DNA from: Selaginella moellendorffii
Taxonomy: Eukaryota > Plantae > Lycopodiophyta
Reading direction: 5' to 3'
DNA: 64,000 nucleotides
NCBI RefSeq assembly: GCF_000143415.4
Contig: NW_003314331.1
Span: 933,800 to 997,799 of the forward strand
The position numbers and the translations under genes were made by a program. Below are positions 11,947 through 24,440 of the stretch, in pieces. A model generated the notes under the pieces. That model was given only the letters and a program-made list of their open reading frames with translations. It searched no databases and was not told the DNA's origin. How positions within the stretch are numbered: the stretch's first letter is position 1; each line of letters begins with the position of its first letter.

Positions 11947-13694
11947 GGAACACACAACGATTTTGTAACCCGGCGGCAATGAAACTCCTGTTCATATAAA
12001 TAATGAAAGATGGAGCAGGAATCATTTTCAAACCTGCCAGCGATGTCCTCATGGAAATCCATTCTCGTCGCACCACTTACCCTTAGCCTGGTGTTGTCAC
12101 AAAAGTTGAAACTGAACCAAGAACAGCAAGGAACTTACGACTGGAATCAGACTAAACCCGTGGCTGTTGTACTGAACTGCTTTGGAATTTGCTCTGGAGC
12201 GAAGATCTTTTAGTGGGGACGATGTTGCTTCGTGGACATGGTTGCTGTCCGATCATATGGTATGGTTTCCACGCTGAGACCAGCCTGGTCCATTCTTCGA
12301 GAGAGTGCATCAGTCCACAAATCAACTTGGACTACGAGCGGCAGTTTTGCATGTCAAGGCTCGATACATCCTTCACCGCGTCTTCGACACAGCCACCAAA
12401 CCAGTCTACCCGATAGATTGGCACGCTCAAGCCGATTTCTCCGCAACCTTTCTTACAGATGGGATAAGGTAAGGAGTCCGTGGTGATATACGAAAAACAA
12501 TCTTTTTTGTAGATCCTGCTGCAAATGCCGATATAGTAGCGTCGTTGATTGGTGACAATCAGTTTTCCGTCTCAGAAAATGTCAGCGTATGGCAGCGAAA
12601 CATCAGGAAACAGAACACTTGGAAGCTTGTCACCTGCATTTCTTTTTTAAAGTTAACAGCTTTGAAGCACAACCTGGATGCACGTAGTATCCTCCTGGCA
12701 TCCACATGAGCAGCGACTGCACCTTGAGCAAGCTTCCAGATCCAGCCAAGCTCGAAAACATTCGTCGCAGATGAATCACAGGTTGCCAAAACTAGTTTCT
12801 TACCATCCGCCCAGGAACGCGCAACATCGGCCAAACGACTAGTGATGATAACATGAGGCCGACATTGCTGTAGCACCTGGACGATTGCAGCTAGAACCCT
12901 GTTGTCAACTAGTGACATCGGGTAAAAATCAAGTCATACCAATCACTTACGTCAGAAGGAAGAACTCCTTTCTTCACTGCTGCAGGAAGAAGAGGTCATC
13001 GCAAATTCTTCTGAGCTGCTAGAAGATGAGCTGAGCCTGGGCGAGACATTTTAGAACTACGTAAGCTTGGCACTGGAGCAGCTCCAATGCCGCATTGGGA
13101 CTCACATCCAATCCGCACGAAATCTCTCCGCCGCAAAAAAGATAAAATATCGAACCAAAACACGATTCGAGCTGCCTGCTACTCACCAGGAGCAGCGCGC
13201 GTGAAACACTTCTTCGAGTTGCCCGTTTCGGGCAAATGCTGTTATCGTTTCAGTCCGTACCTTTCGGGCGTCAATGAAAAACCTTTTCGCCTATTCCCTC
13301 TACTCAAGCGCAAAAGTAGTTACTGACTGGTCTTGATGAAAATCCAATTGTTGGTTGAGCTTTCTCAGCTCCAGTAGACCAAGCACAGAACAAATGCAAG
13401 GAGCAGCTTGAATCCGTGAGTCGCTGTCCCCTAATGGTCGCACCTTGCTGGATGGATCGTGGAAAAAACTAGATCCAGAGCAATCGTTGCCACATATGTC
13501 ACCAGGCTGCCCGGCCCAGGAACATAAAACCATGGTTTCTCATCGTTTTGAGTTGTGGACTGGCAGATGTGAGCTTGGTGGCTGCAAAGGACGACCTCGG
13601 CAATATTTTCTCTCATGTTTTATGTTTCTTCGTTTTCTTTTTTCTTCAGGCTCGAAAGATTCCTCCACACCAGCTACCAACGAATCAAAGATAA

Positions 13695-13758
13695 TGCGGT
13701 GAGCGTGGATCGAACACGCGGCCTTCAGATCCAGTCTGGCGCTCTCCCAAACTGAGCT
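13695..13758 (-). pseudogene. tRNA-Phe pseudogene (5'-truncated, anticodon damaged)
   Basis: Matches the 8582 tRNA but the anticodon loop is altered and the 5' acceptor strand is missing. Confidence 0.85.
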
Positions 13759-13829
13759 TGGATGGTTTTAGACAATAACTTCAATATGATTAAGTTAAAA
13801 TGTAAAAGCATACCTCTACAATGAGAGTT

Positions 13830-14480
13830 TGGGGGCTGCAGCGATCTCGATCAAACCACTACAGCGGCTACTCTATAAATTACTCTTTAATCTCCTCATC
13901 CCAGTCGCGTACAATAAGCTTATTACTGTCTATCAAATACCGAAAATGAGTAAAATCACTTGGACCGGACTGATTGCAGCATTTTCCCAAAACGGGCATC
14001 TAGGAGAAACCAGGCAGTGTTTGACGCGTTGTGTGAAGAGAAGTCCATAGCATCATGGACGGCGATCAGGCCTCAATGTCCCCGGATGTTGTATATGGTA
14101 CGGTGTCCTGGACAGTGATCGATCCAAAACTCCTGAATCGATCAGGCCCTCAATTTCTTCCAGAAGTTCCCACAATGTATGGGCACGAGCCGGGACGGAA
14201 ACCCTGTTCTTATCTCTGCGTGCTATCCTGGACCAGGCAGCAGCTCTTCGATTCGATGCCCGAGATGGATCTCATCAGCTCCACGGCGGCGTTCCAGGCA
14301 TTGCGTGTTTGATTCCATGCCCGAGCACAACGCCATGTTGTTGGGGATCACTAGAGGTGACGCGCTAGGCTGAGGCGAGATGGGCGATCGCAAGGCAAGG
14401 GTGAGCGGGCTGATCCTCTAGGAGATTCCCTTCAACCATCGTGAACGTTCTTGAGAGGGGAGATTTGCGGAGCTTGTTCC
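13830..14480 (+). pseudogene. PPR relic (25149 type)
   Basis: SKITWTGLIAAFSQNGHL, LFDSMPEMDLISSTAAFQA with large deletions. Confidence 0.8.
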
Positions 14481-14565
14481 GATTTACGTAATCAAAAAGG
14501 CGAATATGGGTTAAATTAGAAGAGCGAGTTTGTGTGAATTACATGAACTTGGTTACTCCTTTGTT

Positions 14566-15753
14566 TCAAAGAGGACTTTCTGGTACGGTGACGATCTTGC
14601 AACCCATTTCCAGCTTCACCTTTGGTGTGATGTACTCTCCAGCCATGATATATTCGGACATGATCTCGTAAAAGTGCTCTGTGTAGTGAATGCCATCAAA
14701 AGTGAAATACTTGCTGGGATCCTTACACACCGTGTAAACAGCATTGGTCTGGTTCAGTGGAGCACACCCGCAAAGACCCTCACCATCACAGTTAAATTTG
14801 CCACCTCCACCGCAGCATGACTGGAGTGAGTTCGTGAAACCAAACTCCTTCATATTCTCCAAAACATAGGTGTTTGCTGCAAACCAATCGAAATAATAGA
14901 CAGTGAGACCTTGGTATTTTTGCGTCAGCTCCTCCGTCAGCCTCTGGATGTTGGTGTTGAAGTAGGAGATAATCTGGGCAATCTCAACAATGCAACCATC
15001 CTTGTCATAGTGGAATGTACCAGCGGGGTACTGTTGGAAAGATTGGAGATAGTTTGGAGAGCAATCGGCACGGGGCATGTTGTAGAGCACAACATGACGA
15101 GCTCCGTGAGCATATAGCTTCTGAATTCCATCGGCCAGGCCTTGGATCACGGCCGGGATGGTGACATTGATCACGTGGCCGCCTCCCAGTGGCAAACCAA
15201 AGTTGATATCGTCCCCTCCAATCTCGACCGAGTAGAGTGCATTCTCGTACCATGGTTTGCTCGCCTGGCGACCATATCGACCCTCGACAAACTCCTGGTG
15301 GCGCACGAAGTCGTCAACCTGGGCGGACAAGACATGTGGGCTCGAGTATGGCTGGTTCTCGACCTTGATCACCGTGGCTCCGGCGTATCCAAAGTTGAGG
15401 CTCTCGAACTCGGTGCCATTGTACTTGAGGCTGGGAGTTCCAAGGTTGTCGAGGCGGAGCTTCTGGAGCAGGAGGTCGGGGATGACGAGCCCGTCGCAGT
15501 AGCGTCCAGTGGGCTTCCCGTAGGTGATCCCGTATGGGTACCTGCCCGATAAAGTCTTGCCGCCACCGGCTTCAATGTCGCGGTTGCCGCCATCGCTGAG
15601 AGAATCTGCAAAGGTGAAGACTGCGGTTGGACAGATCGACGAGCTCGACTTTGGCGTTGCTGGCGTTGCTGGCGTTGCTCGTGCCTGAGAAAGCAGCACA
15701 ATGTTAAGCAAAAGAGCAAAGATTGCAAGAACAGTTCCAGAACAAGAAGCCAT
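14566..15753 (-). CDS. Intronless secreted GDSL/SGNH esterase-lipase (copy 1)
   Basis: Signal peptide from ATG 15753, FADSLSDGGN, PTGRYCDG, NFGYAGA, EIGGDD, CCG, FDGIHYT; TATA box at 15792-15800 on the minus strand. Confidence 0.92.
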   Translation of the reverse strand: MASCSGTVLAIFALLLNIVLLSQARATPATPATPKSSSSICPTAVFTFADSLSDGGNRDIEAGGGKTLSGRYPYGITYGKPTGRYCDGLVIPDLLLQKLRLDNLGTPSLKYNGTEFESLNFGYAGATVIKVENQPYSSPHVLSAQVDDFVRHQEFVEGRYGRQASKPWYENALYSVEIGGDDINFGLPLGGGHVINVTIPAVIQGLADGIQKLYAHGARHVVLYNMPRADCSPNYLQSFQQYPAGTFHYDKDGCIVEIAQIISYFNTNIQRLTEELTQKYQGLTVYYFDWFAANTYVLENMKEFGFTNSLQSCCGGGGKFNCDGEGLCGCAPLNQTNAVYTVCKDPSKYFTFDGIHYTEHFYEIMSEYIMAGEYITPKVKLEMGCKIVTVPESPL

Positions 15754-15949
15754 CACAGCTGATGGATCTGTAGAAGTGTTGGAGGCCAAAGTTTATATAA
15801 TGGATCCCAATCTCTTGAACAAGAGCTGTCACAGCTAAAACTAGTTCCATATCCATTTCGAGTTACCAAGGAGATTGAAATATCTTCAGAGAGTTTGGTA
15901 AAAGGTTAATAAGCCAGTCAGCCCTAAAACAGATGTCAGAATTGGCAAA

Positions 15950-16750
15950 CTATGGCAGCGCCAACGACGCTCGAGTGGAACATCTTCTCTAGGGCTTTAA
16001 TTCTCTTGGTGATCTTAGCCTAGTGAGGTCTTACTTGAGGCTGGAACCTTGCTTGATCGATCCTGACCTTTGCAGATTGCTACAGACCTTCTGAGAATGT
16101 ATGGATCGCTCCAGGAGGCTTGATTGGCTGGCGAGAGTCTTAAGAAGTTGGGGCAGAGAGATCTGGTGGCTTGGAATGCGATGAACGACGCTTATGCCCA
16201 GTGCGGGCTATGCAAAGAAAGGCATTTGCGATTCACGAGAGGATGCTTACAAATTCACGTACACGACGCTTCTCTCCTGCTATGACAATCTGGGCGACGT
16301 AGAAAAGATCCATGCGCACCACTGCATTTGCAATGTGGAATCCAGATAAGGTGTTTGAATAGTGGGACGTGGGGCTGTGGACTGCAATCCTCCAGGACCT
16401 AAGGATTATGGAAGCCATCCAAGTGATAGAACAACAAGGTTTCGAGCGAGCAGCTTTATGCTGCCTGCTCTCCTCCAGATTGTGGAAGGTAATAGTTGTT
16501 GATCTGCTCAGGTCTCCAGGAATCACGCACCTGTATACAGAGTGTGATTGACATGTGAATTGCAACTCATTTTCTCTTCACAGATCTTTTCTGTTGTATG
16601 CCTAGTATGTGCCTCAGCCGCTCGTTGGGTACCCTGGATGGTGGCCAATACATGTACACATGTAGGCCGGGAGAGTTCTTTCATCGTCTCGTGGACTGCC
16701 ATGATCACGAATTACCAAGTACGGCCGGAGCGATGGAAAATGAGATGGCC
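15950..16750 (+). pseudogene. PPR relic (33559 type)
   Basis: LLRMYGSLQEA, RDLVAWNAM, DVGLWTAI, IVSWTAMI fragments. Confidence 0.75.
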
Positions 16751-16799
16751 TCCAAGATTGCTTGGTATAAAAAATCTTGGGTTTAAGCATTTCTATTCA

Positions 16800-19450
16800 A
16801 ATTCTTCCGCTTCTATCGGCCTGCTCTTCTTGTGAGCTGGAAAATCTGTTAATCCAGCCCCTGGATATTTCTGATCTCCCTTCCTGTGCCCTTTATCTAT
16901 CGGTAGCTACTGCAAGATAGATCCGATGCAGGCTAGATGCTCAATACCTCGAATGCCATATGGCCATGTGCCTTGCGATCTAGCGTCCTTGCGATCAATC
17001 TATTCTGTTCATTGCCATCGATCCTTTCTGATCAAGCCTTTTTCTTTCTGCATGCGTTTTCCCTCGCTTTGAGTGGCGAGATTTTCATTCGAAACTTCGC
17101 GCAGCTTGATCGAATCATCAAAGACACAAGGCCAAGTTTGGACTCCAGAGATCCTCTTCAATGTGTACTTGCGATGATCGGGGAGAGAGGTTTTGTGGAG
17201 AACATATTTCTGAACGAGGAGACTCGAGAAAGAAAATGGCAAAGATCAGGTTCTACAGGGAAAAAAAGTGATCAGTGCTCGATAGATTCACATACCCTGG
17301 TAAGACAGTCAGAGTTGTTTTAAATTCACAATCTTCCACCATGAACTTGAAATCTTTAACCTGTGAATTATTATCCACAGTAATATCACAAGGTACATTT
17401 GTGTCATATATCTTCCTTCTGGTTTTTTAACTTGGGTAGGTGGTGCAACAAACAAATTTGTGGGGAGGAACTTATATTCTTCGATAGGACCAAGCCAGGG
17501 GCTTTTGGAAGAAAGGTGGGAAACATTTTCGCAAATGTTCTTCCATCCATCCCAGCTCTTGAGGTATCCTTCCACTATGCAAGCATATCAAGGTCTGAAA
17601 CTACAGGCTCCAGTCGGCCATGATCATCATGGCCTCATATCTTTGTTTGAGGATAAGATCACTGACATGTTTGTGTGTGAGAAAGGATTCATAACTGCAC
17701 CTTTTGCAATGGAGCAAGAAATTTCTAATGTTTGTTTATTTTGCTAGATGTCGTGAAACAAGCGAGGCAAAGGAGGACGAGCAAGCGGTGATTGCCGGGC
17801 TGGAGGAGGAGCATAGAATCAGTTAGAACGCTCAAATTTCGTGGGTATGACCATAACCGGAGAAAGCATATCAGCTGTTTTGTGGTACGCTTGTTTCTTC
17901 CAGTTGTATAAGAATTCAATCCAAGGGCCCCGTAGGAAGTGCCAACTTTGCTATGGCCTCGTCCAGCTTTATCGCAAAGTCTTAAGGACATCCAGAGCAA
18001 GCGAGCGTAAGACGTTTCCCGTGAGTGGCGATCCACCGAGCACCCTCTGAGAGAGCTTCGAGCCTGTCAGCCGGCACCATCTTCTGGCACCATCCGTCGA
18101 CTGACTTGGAGCTTGGGAGAAGTTGACAGCGTCTTGTTTAAGGTACATTTTACTAACACGATCTCCCTTCCAGGAAGAAAGGAAGCGTCTCTTTCCCCGT
18201 CTAGAACCCGAGAATTCCTTACCTTGGAAAAACCGGCAGATATCAAGAGCAGGATCATCACAGTTCCCGACCCATCGTTTCTTCATCATAAATTTGATTT
18301 TATCATTTGGATATGTTTGCGTCTAGAGTTTCGCCAGAGGAGGAAAAATTGGGCTCAACTTATGAGTTGGATCCTCCGGGTTTGATCGTGGAGTCGAAAA
18401 GCTCTATGCGTCCATAGTGTTCCCGTTTGAGATCTCTCACTTTTCCCACTGAACTAAATGGTGAAACCATTGTGCTCACCGCTGCTTTGGGTGCTCGGTC
18501 TTTTGTTGCTTAAAGCTGCTCTATGCATCAATGCCGCTTGCGCTTCTTTCTCTTAGACCTCGTGATGCAAGGCGTCTCTGTGCGAGGCCGGACCGAGATC
18601 ACGAGCTCGAAAAGTCAATGCAGGGTCAATTATAGTCAATGCAAGGTCTTCAAAGACTATGTCTTCATTTGCTCAAGCTCGATCGCCCCAAGGTCTTCTC
18701 GAAAAACCGCCGACCCAGGAATGTATGGTATAAGATTTATTTCTTTGGACCGGAATGTAAACAGCATGTACCCCACCCCGACTCGAGAAGAAGACTATAT
18801 CTGGCGATGCTGCACGGGTACAAAACACTCGGCTCGATCCAGGCTGTAAACCCTAAACCATATCAGGGAGGAAACTCTCAATAAGAAGGTAAATTCTAAT
18901 CCGCTCACTCTACATGCTCATTTGGTTATCTTGTTAGTTATGCGCCGTTCTACAGGGCAAAGGGTGGCCCCTGCCGAGGATCTGGCTAAGCAGTATGGTA
19001 CCAGGACTTGGCTCATGGTTTCTGAACTCGGGTTTCATAACCGGTGCCCAAGAACGGATGAGCTTGTTCAGCTGGAAAAGGTCTTGTTCGATGGCTATGG
19101 CCCGCGGGAACCTTGGTTTGGAGTAGGTGAGTTTTATGCCATGGCCGTTGGCAAACGCTATATCTGTCCCGTTTCTCCTTTAATAATCCAAAACGAAGCA
19201 CTGGAAAACAGGGAACTTTTTGATCAAAGACACCGATCATTCACTTAAGGAGTTTATGGAAACTTGGATACCGGAGCAGTATCACTGGAAAGTTGGCAAT
19301 GTACAATCCAACCCTCGGTTCCACCAAGTTTGTCAAGCCTTTCAAACGGGATTTTTGCCTTATCTACAGGGCCGAGTTTATGTGCTTTATGCCAGCGAAA
19401 TTCATCCAAAGGCTGTTCATCGAATATAAGTTAAAATTTGGTAAAGGTTG
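16800..19450. pseudogene. Decayed coding-like sequence of unrecognised family (partial copies at ~22600-23200, 49900-52050, 53150-53800)
   Basis: Broken ORFs with recurring peptides such as LPDHRKYxLKRISxxQxWPCVFDDSIKL and SWDGWKNICENVSHL. Confidence 0.3.
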
Positions 19451-19537
19451 TGCTAATAAAACAGCCCCAATAAAGGCCAAAATCATTGATAATTGTTCCC
19501 ATTAAAAAAAACATTTGATACCCTAAACCTTCACTTC

Positions 19538-19574
19538 TGAGCGTGGATCGAACACGTGCCTTCAGATCTTCAGT
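19538..19574 (-). pseudogene. tRNA-Phe 3'-half fragment
   Basis: TGAGCGTGGATCGAACACGTGCCTTCAGATCTTCAGT on the plus strand. Confidence 0.75.
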
Positions 19575-19784
19575 GATCCCTGCTTATCTTCACACATATC
19601 ACAAGCGTATTAAGTTTTGGCAGCGTTCTAGAGGAGTGAGATCGCTTTACATTGTTAGAAAATGTCTAGCTGATATAATCTGGCTCAATCAAAACTCACA
19701 AGATCACAACATTTTTCCAGCGATTGGCTTTTTCTCTGAAACATGCAAATATATGGCAATGGAAATGGATGCCCCTTGATCACT

Positions 19785-20232
19785 CTATTCTCTAGTCAGC
19801 TCAACATCAAACAACAGCAAACAACAAACTTGATACTCTCCAAGGGGAGGGGGCGCGCCATAGTGTGGGTTCCTGTTTGCCTTTGGGCCGTCATAGTCGC
19901 TGGTGTGGACCTCTCCAAGGAGCTTCCTGCCGTTGAGAGCCTGGAAGAAAAAAGAGTGATAGAGAGAGAGAGAGAGAAGAAGAAGAAGAACTTATAGTTA
20001 ACAACAGAAAATGTGAAACGTAGGAGAAGATTATCAACCTGGCCCTGTTCAGCCAGCAAGCTCGCATCTGCAAACCAATTAAAAACAGTAGGAAACTAGA
20101 TTGTGGAGGAAAATAACAAAGAAATGAAATCTATATGTGCCCTCTACCTTTGTCTCCACTAGTAGCAAAAGCGGCAGTGATGAGCAGGCATGAGAGCAGG
20201 GCTGCGAGCACAAGCTTGCGAGAAGGAGCCAT
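19785..20232 (-). CDS. PSY-like sulfated-peptide precursor, copy 1 (single domain); exons 20232-20148, 20067-20039, 19940-19785
   Basis: MAPSRKLVLAALLSCLLITAAFATSGDKDASLLAEQGQALNGRKLLGEVHTSDYDGPKANRNPHYGAPPPLGEYQVCCLLLFDVELTRE*; second domain absent. Confidence 0.75.
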
Positions 20233-20759
20233 TTCTATACTAAGAGAGCCTATAGATCCAAACCAGGAAAGAAAGAATGAGAAATACAAAGGCCACGCTC
20301 CCGTAGATAAAGGCCGAGGAGCACAGACTCACACAAAAGCTGGCACAGTCTTCGAAGAAATGCAATTGTTGTCCACTGAGTGGCCAAAAGCTAACGTGGA
20401 TAACCATGGTAGCACCACCGTTACCAACACTGGATAAAACTTCGCTTTATATGTTAATAATGTGGAATCAAGGAGAGTGAAGAAAGATGGGAGAGATATT
20501 GACTAGTAGACTTTATCAGGAGAATAGTTGTTGCAATGTGGGCTTGCAGCAATCCTCAGTCTGGAGTTGGATGAAAGGCTGTTACGGGCTCTCCAAACCT
20601 TACAGATCAAAAGGAGATGTATAGCGATGTAGAGCAGACGCGGGATGGAGCTCCTCGAGAACTTTTTATGTAGTGCTCTTGCTAGGAACGATGACAAGCT
20701 TATAAAAACTTCCACGAAGTATGAGGAACACCCAAGTATTGCCAGAGAAACCGCAAATT

Positions 20760-21400
20760 GCCCGTTTTGGGCATTTGCCGCGAGCATTACATTCCACGGC
20801 TCCAGTCAAACCCAGAGGATCCACTCCCGGATAGTGGACAGCGGCTACTCCTCCACAATTTCCTTATCCAGTCTTATGGCAAACGTGGCAGTGTCGGCGA
20901 TGTGTCTCTGCGATCGATCGCCCCAATCTCTCCATCATGATTCAAGCATATGCCCGAAGTGGGCATCTGGATGAAGAGTGTAACGTTTTTGATCAATCTC
21001 ATTCTCCCAATCCAGTCACGTAAAATGAGATAATAACTGTCTATGTGCAGCCTTGCTAGAAAAACGTTTGTTTGATCAAATGCCAGAAAGGAGTGAATCA
21101 TGGTAACAACAGTTGCCCAAAACGGGCATCTGGACGAAGACAGGGCGGTGTTTGACGCAATGCCGATCGATAAGAAGACCATGGCATCGTGGACGGCGAT
21201 GCTCCAGGGCTACACCCAAAACTCCCGGATTGGTCAGGCCCTCCAGATGTTCCCGGGCCACAATACAGTCGCCGAGACGCTGTTCTTATCAGGATGTCTC
21301 TCAGAGACCATCATCGCTTGGACCCGCTCGACGCCGCCGCTGAGCAATCGAATCTCTTCTCTCTGCCTGAACTTGCTCTCATATCCAGGCGCTGAGTGCA
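20760..21400 (+). pseudogene. PPR relic (25149 type)
   Basis: RIHSRIVDSGYS, AVFDAMPIDKKTMASWTAMLQGYTQNSRI. Confidence 0.8.
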
Positions 21401-21404
21401 TCGA

Positions 21405-21660
21405 TCGCGTGCGCCATTAAACTTGAGGCAGAGTTCCAATGAGCCGGAGCTTCTGGAGCAGGAGGTCGGGGATGCCAAGCCCATCGCAGTAGCATCCCGT
21501 GGGCGTCCTATAGCATATGGATATATGGCTTCAATGTCGCGGTTGCCGCCGAATGCAAAAGTGAAGACTGTGGTCGACTTTGGCGTTGCTCGTGCATGAG
21601 AAAGAAGCACAATGCTAGAAGAGCAAATATTGGAAGAACAGTTCTAGAACAGAAAACCAT
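21405..21660 (-). pseudogene. GDSL esterase 5' relic
   Basis: LLSHARATPKSTTVFTFAFGGNRDIEA matches the N-terminus of the 14566 gene, with deletions. Confidence 0.8.
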
Positions 21661-21699
21661 ATCTGCTAGCGCCAAATCTATCTCACTTGGTTGACGGTA

Positions 21700-22580
21700 A
21701 GCTAGTCAACCCCGCAGCTGCGATTCCATGGCCGCCACTCGCTGCTCACCAGAAATCGTGCGCCAGGCGGAACGTCTCCTTGATCGCGAGCGGGGAGGGA
21801 TTCAATGTAGATGTGCTTTGCATTTGCATTTGCATTGGTTTCGTGGTGGTCTTTGCCAGCCCAGGAAATCTTTGGGTGAGGTCTTGTTTGATGCTGGGGC
21901 AGGGCAACCTTGCTCGATCGTTCCTCCAGGAGTTTGGCTTTGCAGATTACTACAGAGCTTTTGAGAATTTATGGATCGCTTCAGGAGGCTCGATTGAGTT
22001 ACAAGAAGTTTGGGCAGAGAGATCTGGTGGCTTGGACCGCGATGAACGCCGCTTATGCCCAGTGCGGGCTATGCAAAGAGGCATTTTTGACTTACTAGAG
22101 GATGCCTTGACAGATTTACGTACACTGCTGAGTATTCATGCTTGTCTCGTGAGGGATGGAATCAAATGGGACGTCGTCATTGGTCGCTGCGGAAATCCCA
22201 GGCAGCGTCATGTCTGGCATAAGCACAGGCATGATCAACACAATCAGCATGGAGTTTCTGTGCTCTCAGGGACGATCTTGTCAATTAGTTGTTCTTTGGA
22301 AGTCAAGGGAGAATGAGGAGGTGTTTGCTCTATAGCTTCGACTTGGTGTTTTGGAACGCCATGGGTTGGGCTTGCCGAGACGGCCATGCCGTTCTAACTG
22401 CGTGTGCTACCAGTTGCCAGCATGCGCTGCTTCAAACGAACGAACTCCATGATCGAGCGGCCAGTTTGGATCCAGTTGTGGTACTCCAAGCCTCAGAGGC
22501 TCGGCCTTGGATGGACAAACGAGATGCAGTGGTGCACAGCTCCATTCGGGCCACATCTCCAAGATGGATCATTTCCTAAA
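21700..22580 (+). pseudogene. PPR relic (33559 type)
   Basis: RDLVAWTAMNAAYAQCG, IHACLVRDGIKWD, FDLVFWNAM. Confidence 0.75.
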
Positions 22581-24075
22581 CGTTAGTTTCTATCCTTGTG
22601 CCCCTCGTAACGGGCAAAAATCCAGGACTTGGCGATGGATCTGTCTAGTATCCTTGCGATCAATTCGATGTTTCCTGAGTGTTTTTCTGTCTGCAGAGAT
22701 GCTGAATTTTACAAGGAAATAGGAAAAAAAAAAATTTGAAACTTGTGCAGCTTGATCGAATCATCAAAGACACAAGGCCATGCTTGGATTCTAGAGATCC
22801 TCTTCAAGATGTACTTGCGATGATCGGGGAGAGAGGCTTTGTGGAGAATATATTTCTGGATGAGGCTCGAGAAAGAAATTGCCAAGGATAAGGTTCTACA
22901 GGAAAAAAAGCTGATCAATGCTCACATTTGTGTCATATCTCTTCTTTTTTTTTTTTTTTATTTGTGCGTTTCAGTATGAATCCTTCTCACACACAAACAT
23001 CTCAGTGTGATATTATCCTCAAAGAAAGATATGAGGCCGTGATAATCATGGGCAGATCGGCCGACTGCCTCATGAGAACACAACACGCTTGCGTTTTTCC
23101 TGGAGGGGAGATCGTGTTAGTAAACATCACAGAGCGAGGACCTAGCTCAACCCGAACAGAAACGTTAACTGTGGAAAACCGGCAGGAACCTTGTCGACCT
23201 TCATATCAAAATTGTCCAAGTGGCATAGGGCGTCTTCCAAATATCCAGAATACGGCAAATGCGTCATTGAAACACACGCATTTCTTCTCTGGTGCCAAAT
23301 CCGGATATGGCCTCTTTCACAACACCAGCATCGGCAAAAACACCAAGCACGCAACAAGTGCGGAAATGTCCTATTGCTCAGAGAAAGAAAAGGCATGAGC
23401 CCGGAACTGGAGGAATTGGGCGACAATGCTTGGTGTGTTTGCCAACAGCCACGATAAAACTCAGTTCCTACACATTCCCGCAGGCATGTCAATGTTAGCA
23501 GCAGAATGGGTTTCTAACGCGGAAGGAAGTGGATCCCTCTCGCGTAAAGCACATAAAGTCGGCGGTGGAAGCGAGGGTTTAGGTTGGATTGTAAGTTGTT
23601 GTCCATTAAAATTAACAAAAGGCTGTACTGCGACCTCGCCAATATATTTTATTTAACACATCTCGTTTAGTTTTGTTTGAATGTATGTTGTGGCGCGCTG
23701 TTTCCTACGCGTTAGAAGCCCCATCCTCACCAAGACAGTGGCTTTCCATGGATGATGGATGCCATTTTCACGGATGGTCAAGCTCCACCTCTCGAGCTAA
23801 GACTTATCAAAATTCTTCATAAACCGATTAAACAAAACTTTAAGTTAACAAATTCCTTTAGGTAGCCGGCTAACAGGTTATGGGAGATTAGGTCACGAAC
23901 GCTCAACCATTCTCTCGTGAGCAGCTCAACCATCAAAACGGAAGGTTGACCCTGGGCTTTTCGCATTGGGAGCTTTTCGAGCCCACAAGTATGCTGGCTG
24001 CATTGTAGATATGGTATGAAGTTCAATTTCTGAAGTTCAATTTCTGAAAACCATTGAACTTTCACAAACTTCTAA

Positions 24076-24148
24076 TGCGGTGAGCGTGGATGGAACACGC
24101 GGCCTTAAGATCTTCAGTCTGACGCTCTCCCAACTGGGCTATGCCCGC
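24076..24148 (-). pseudogene. Full-length mutated tRNA-Phe(GAA) copy
   Basis: 73 nt; T-loop TTCCATC breaks the B-box; mismatches in the D-, anticodon and acceptor stems. Confidence 0.85.
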
Positions 24149-24440
24149 TTGATAATAATTATCAACTATATTATCTGGCACATACATATCACATTACAAG
24201 TGTCATGAAATTATTGAGCGCTCTAGAGGAGTGAGATCGTAGAAATGCCACTATAGCTTATATGCTAGCTCAAAACTCAAAAGGATCACAGCAAGATTCT
24301 TCCAGGGATCGGCTTTTTTGCTGAAACATGGATGTCTAGAGGTGACTCAACAGCAAACAACAGAAAACAACAAACGTGGTAGCCGTGTAGAGGGTATAGC
24401 TCCTACACGAAAACATGGAAGAACACACAGAAACAAAGAT

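Noticed and set aside
12000-13690. Possible gene between the Rieske gene and the tRNA relic
   Set aside because: Splice-like signals exist, but no consistent frame or recognisable motif; left unassigned
15754-15789. TTG-initiated GDSL N-terminal extension
   Set aside because: A TATA box lies immediately upstream and the signal peptide begins at ATG 15753
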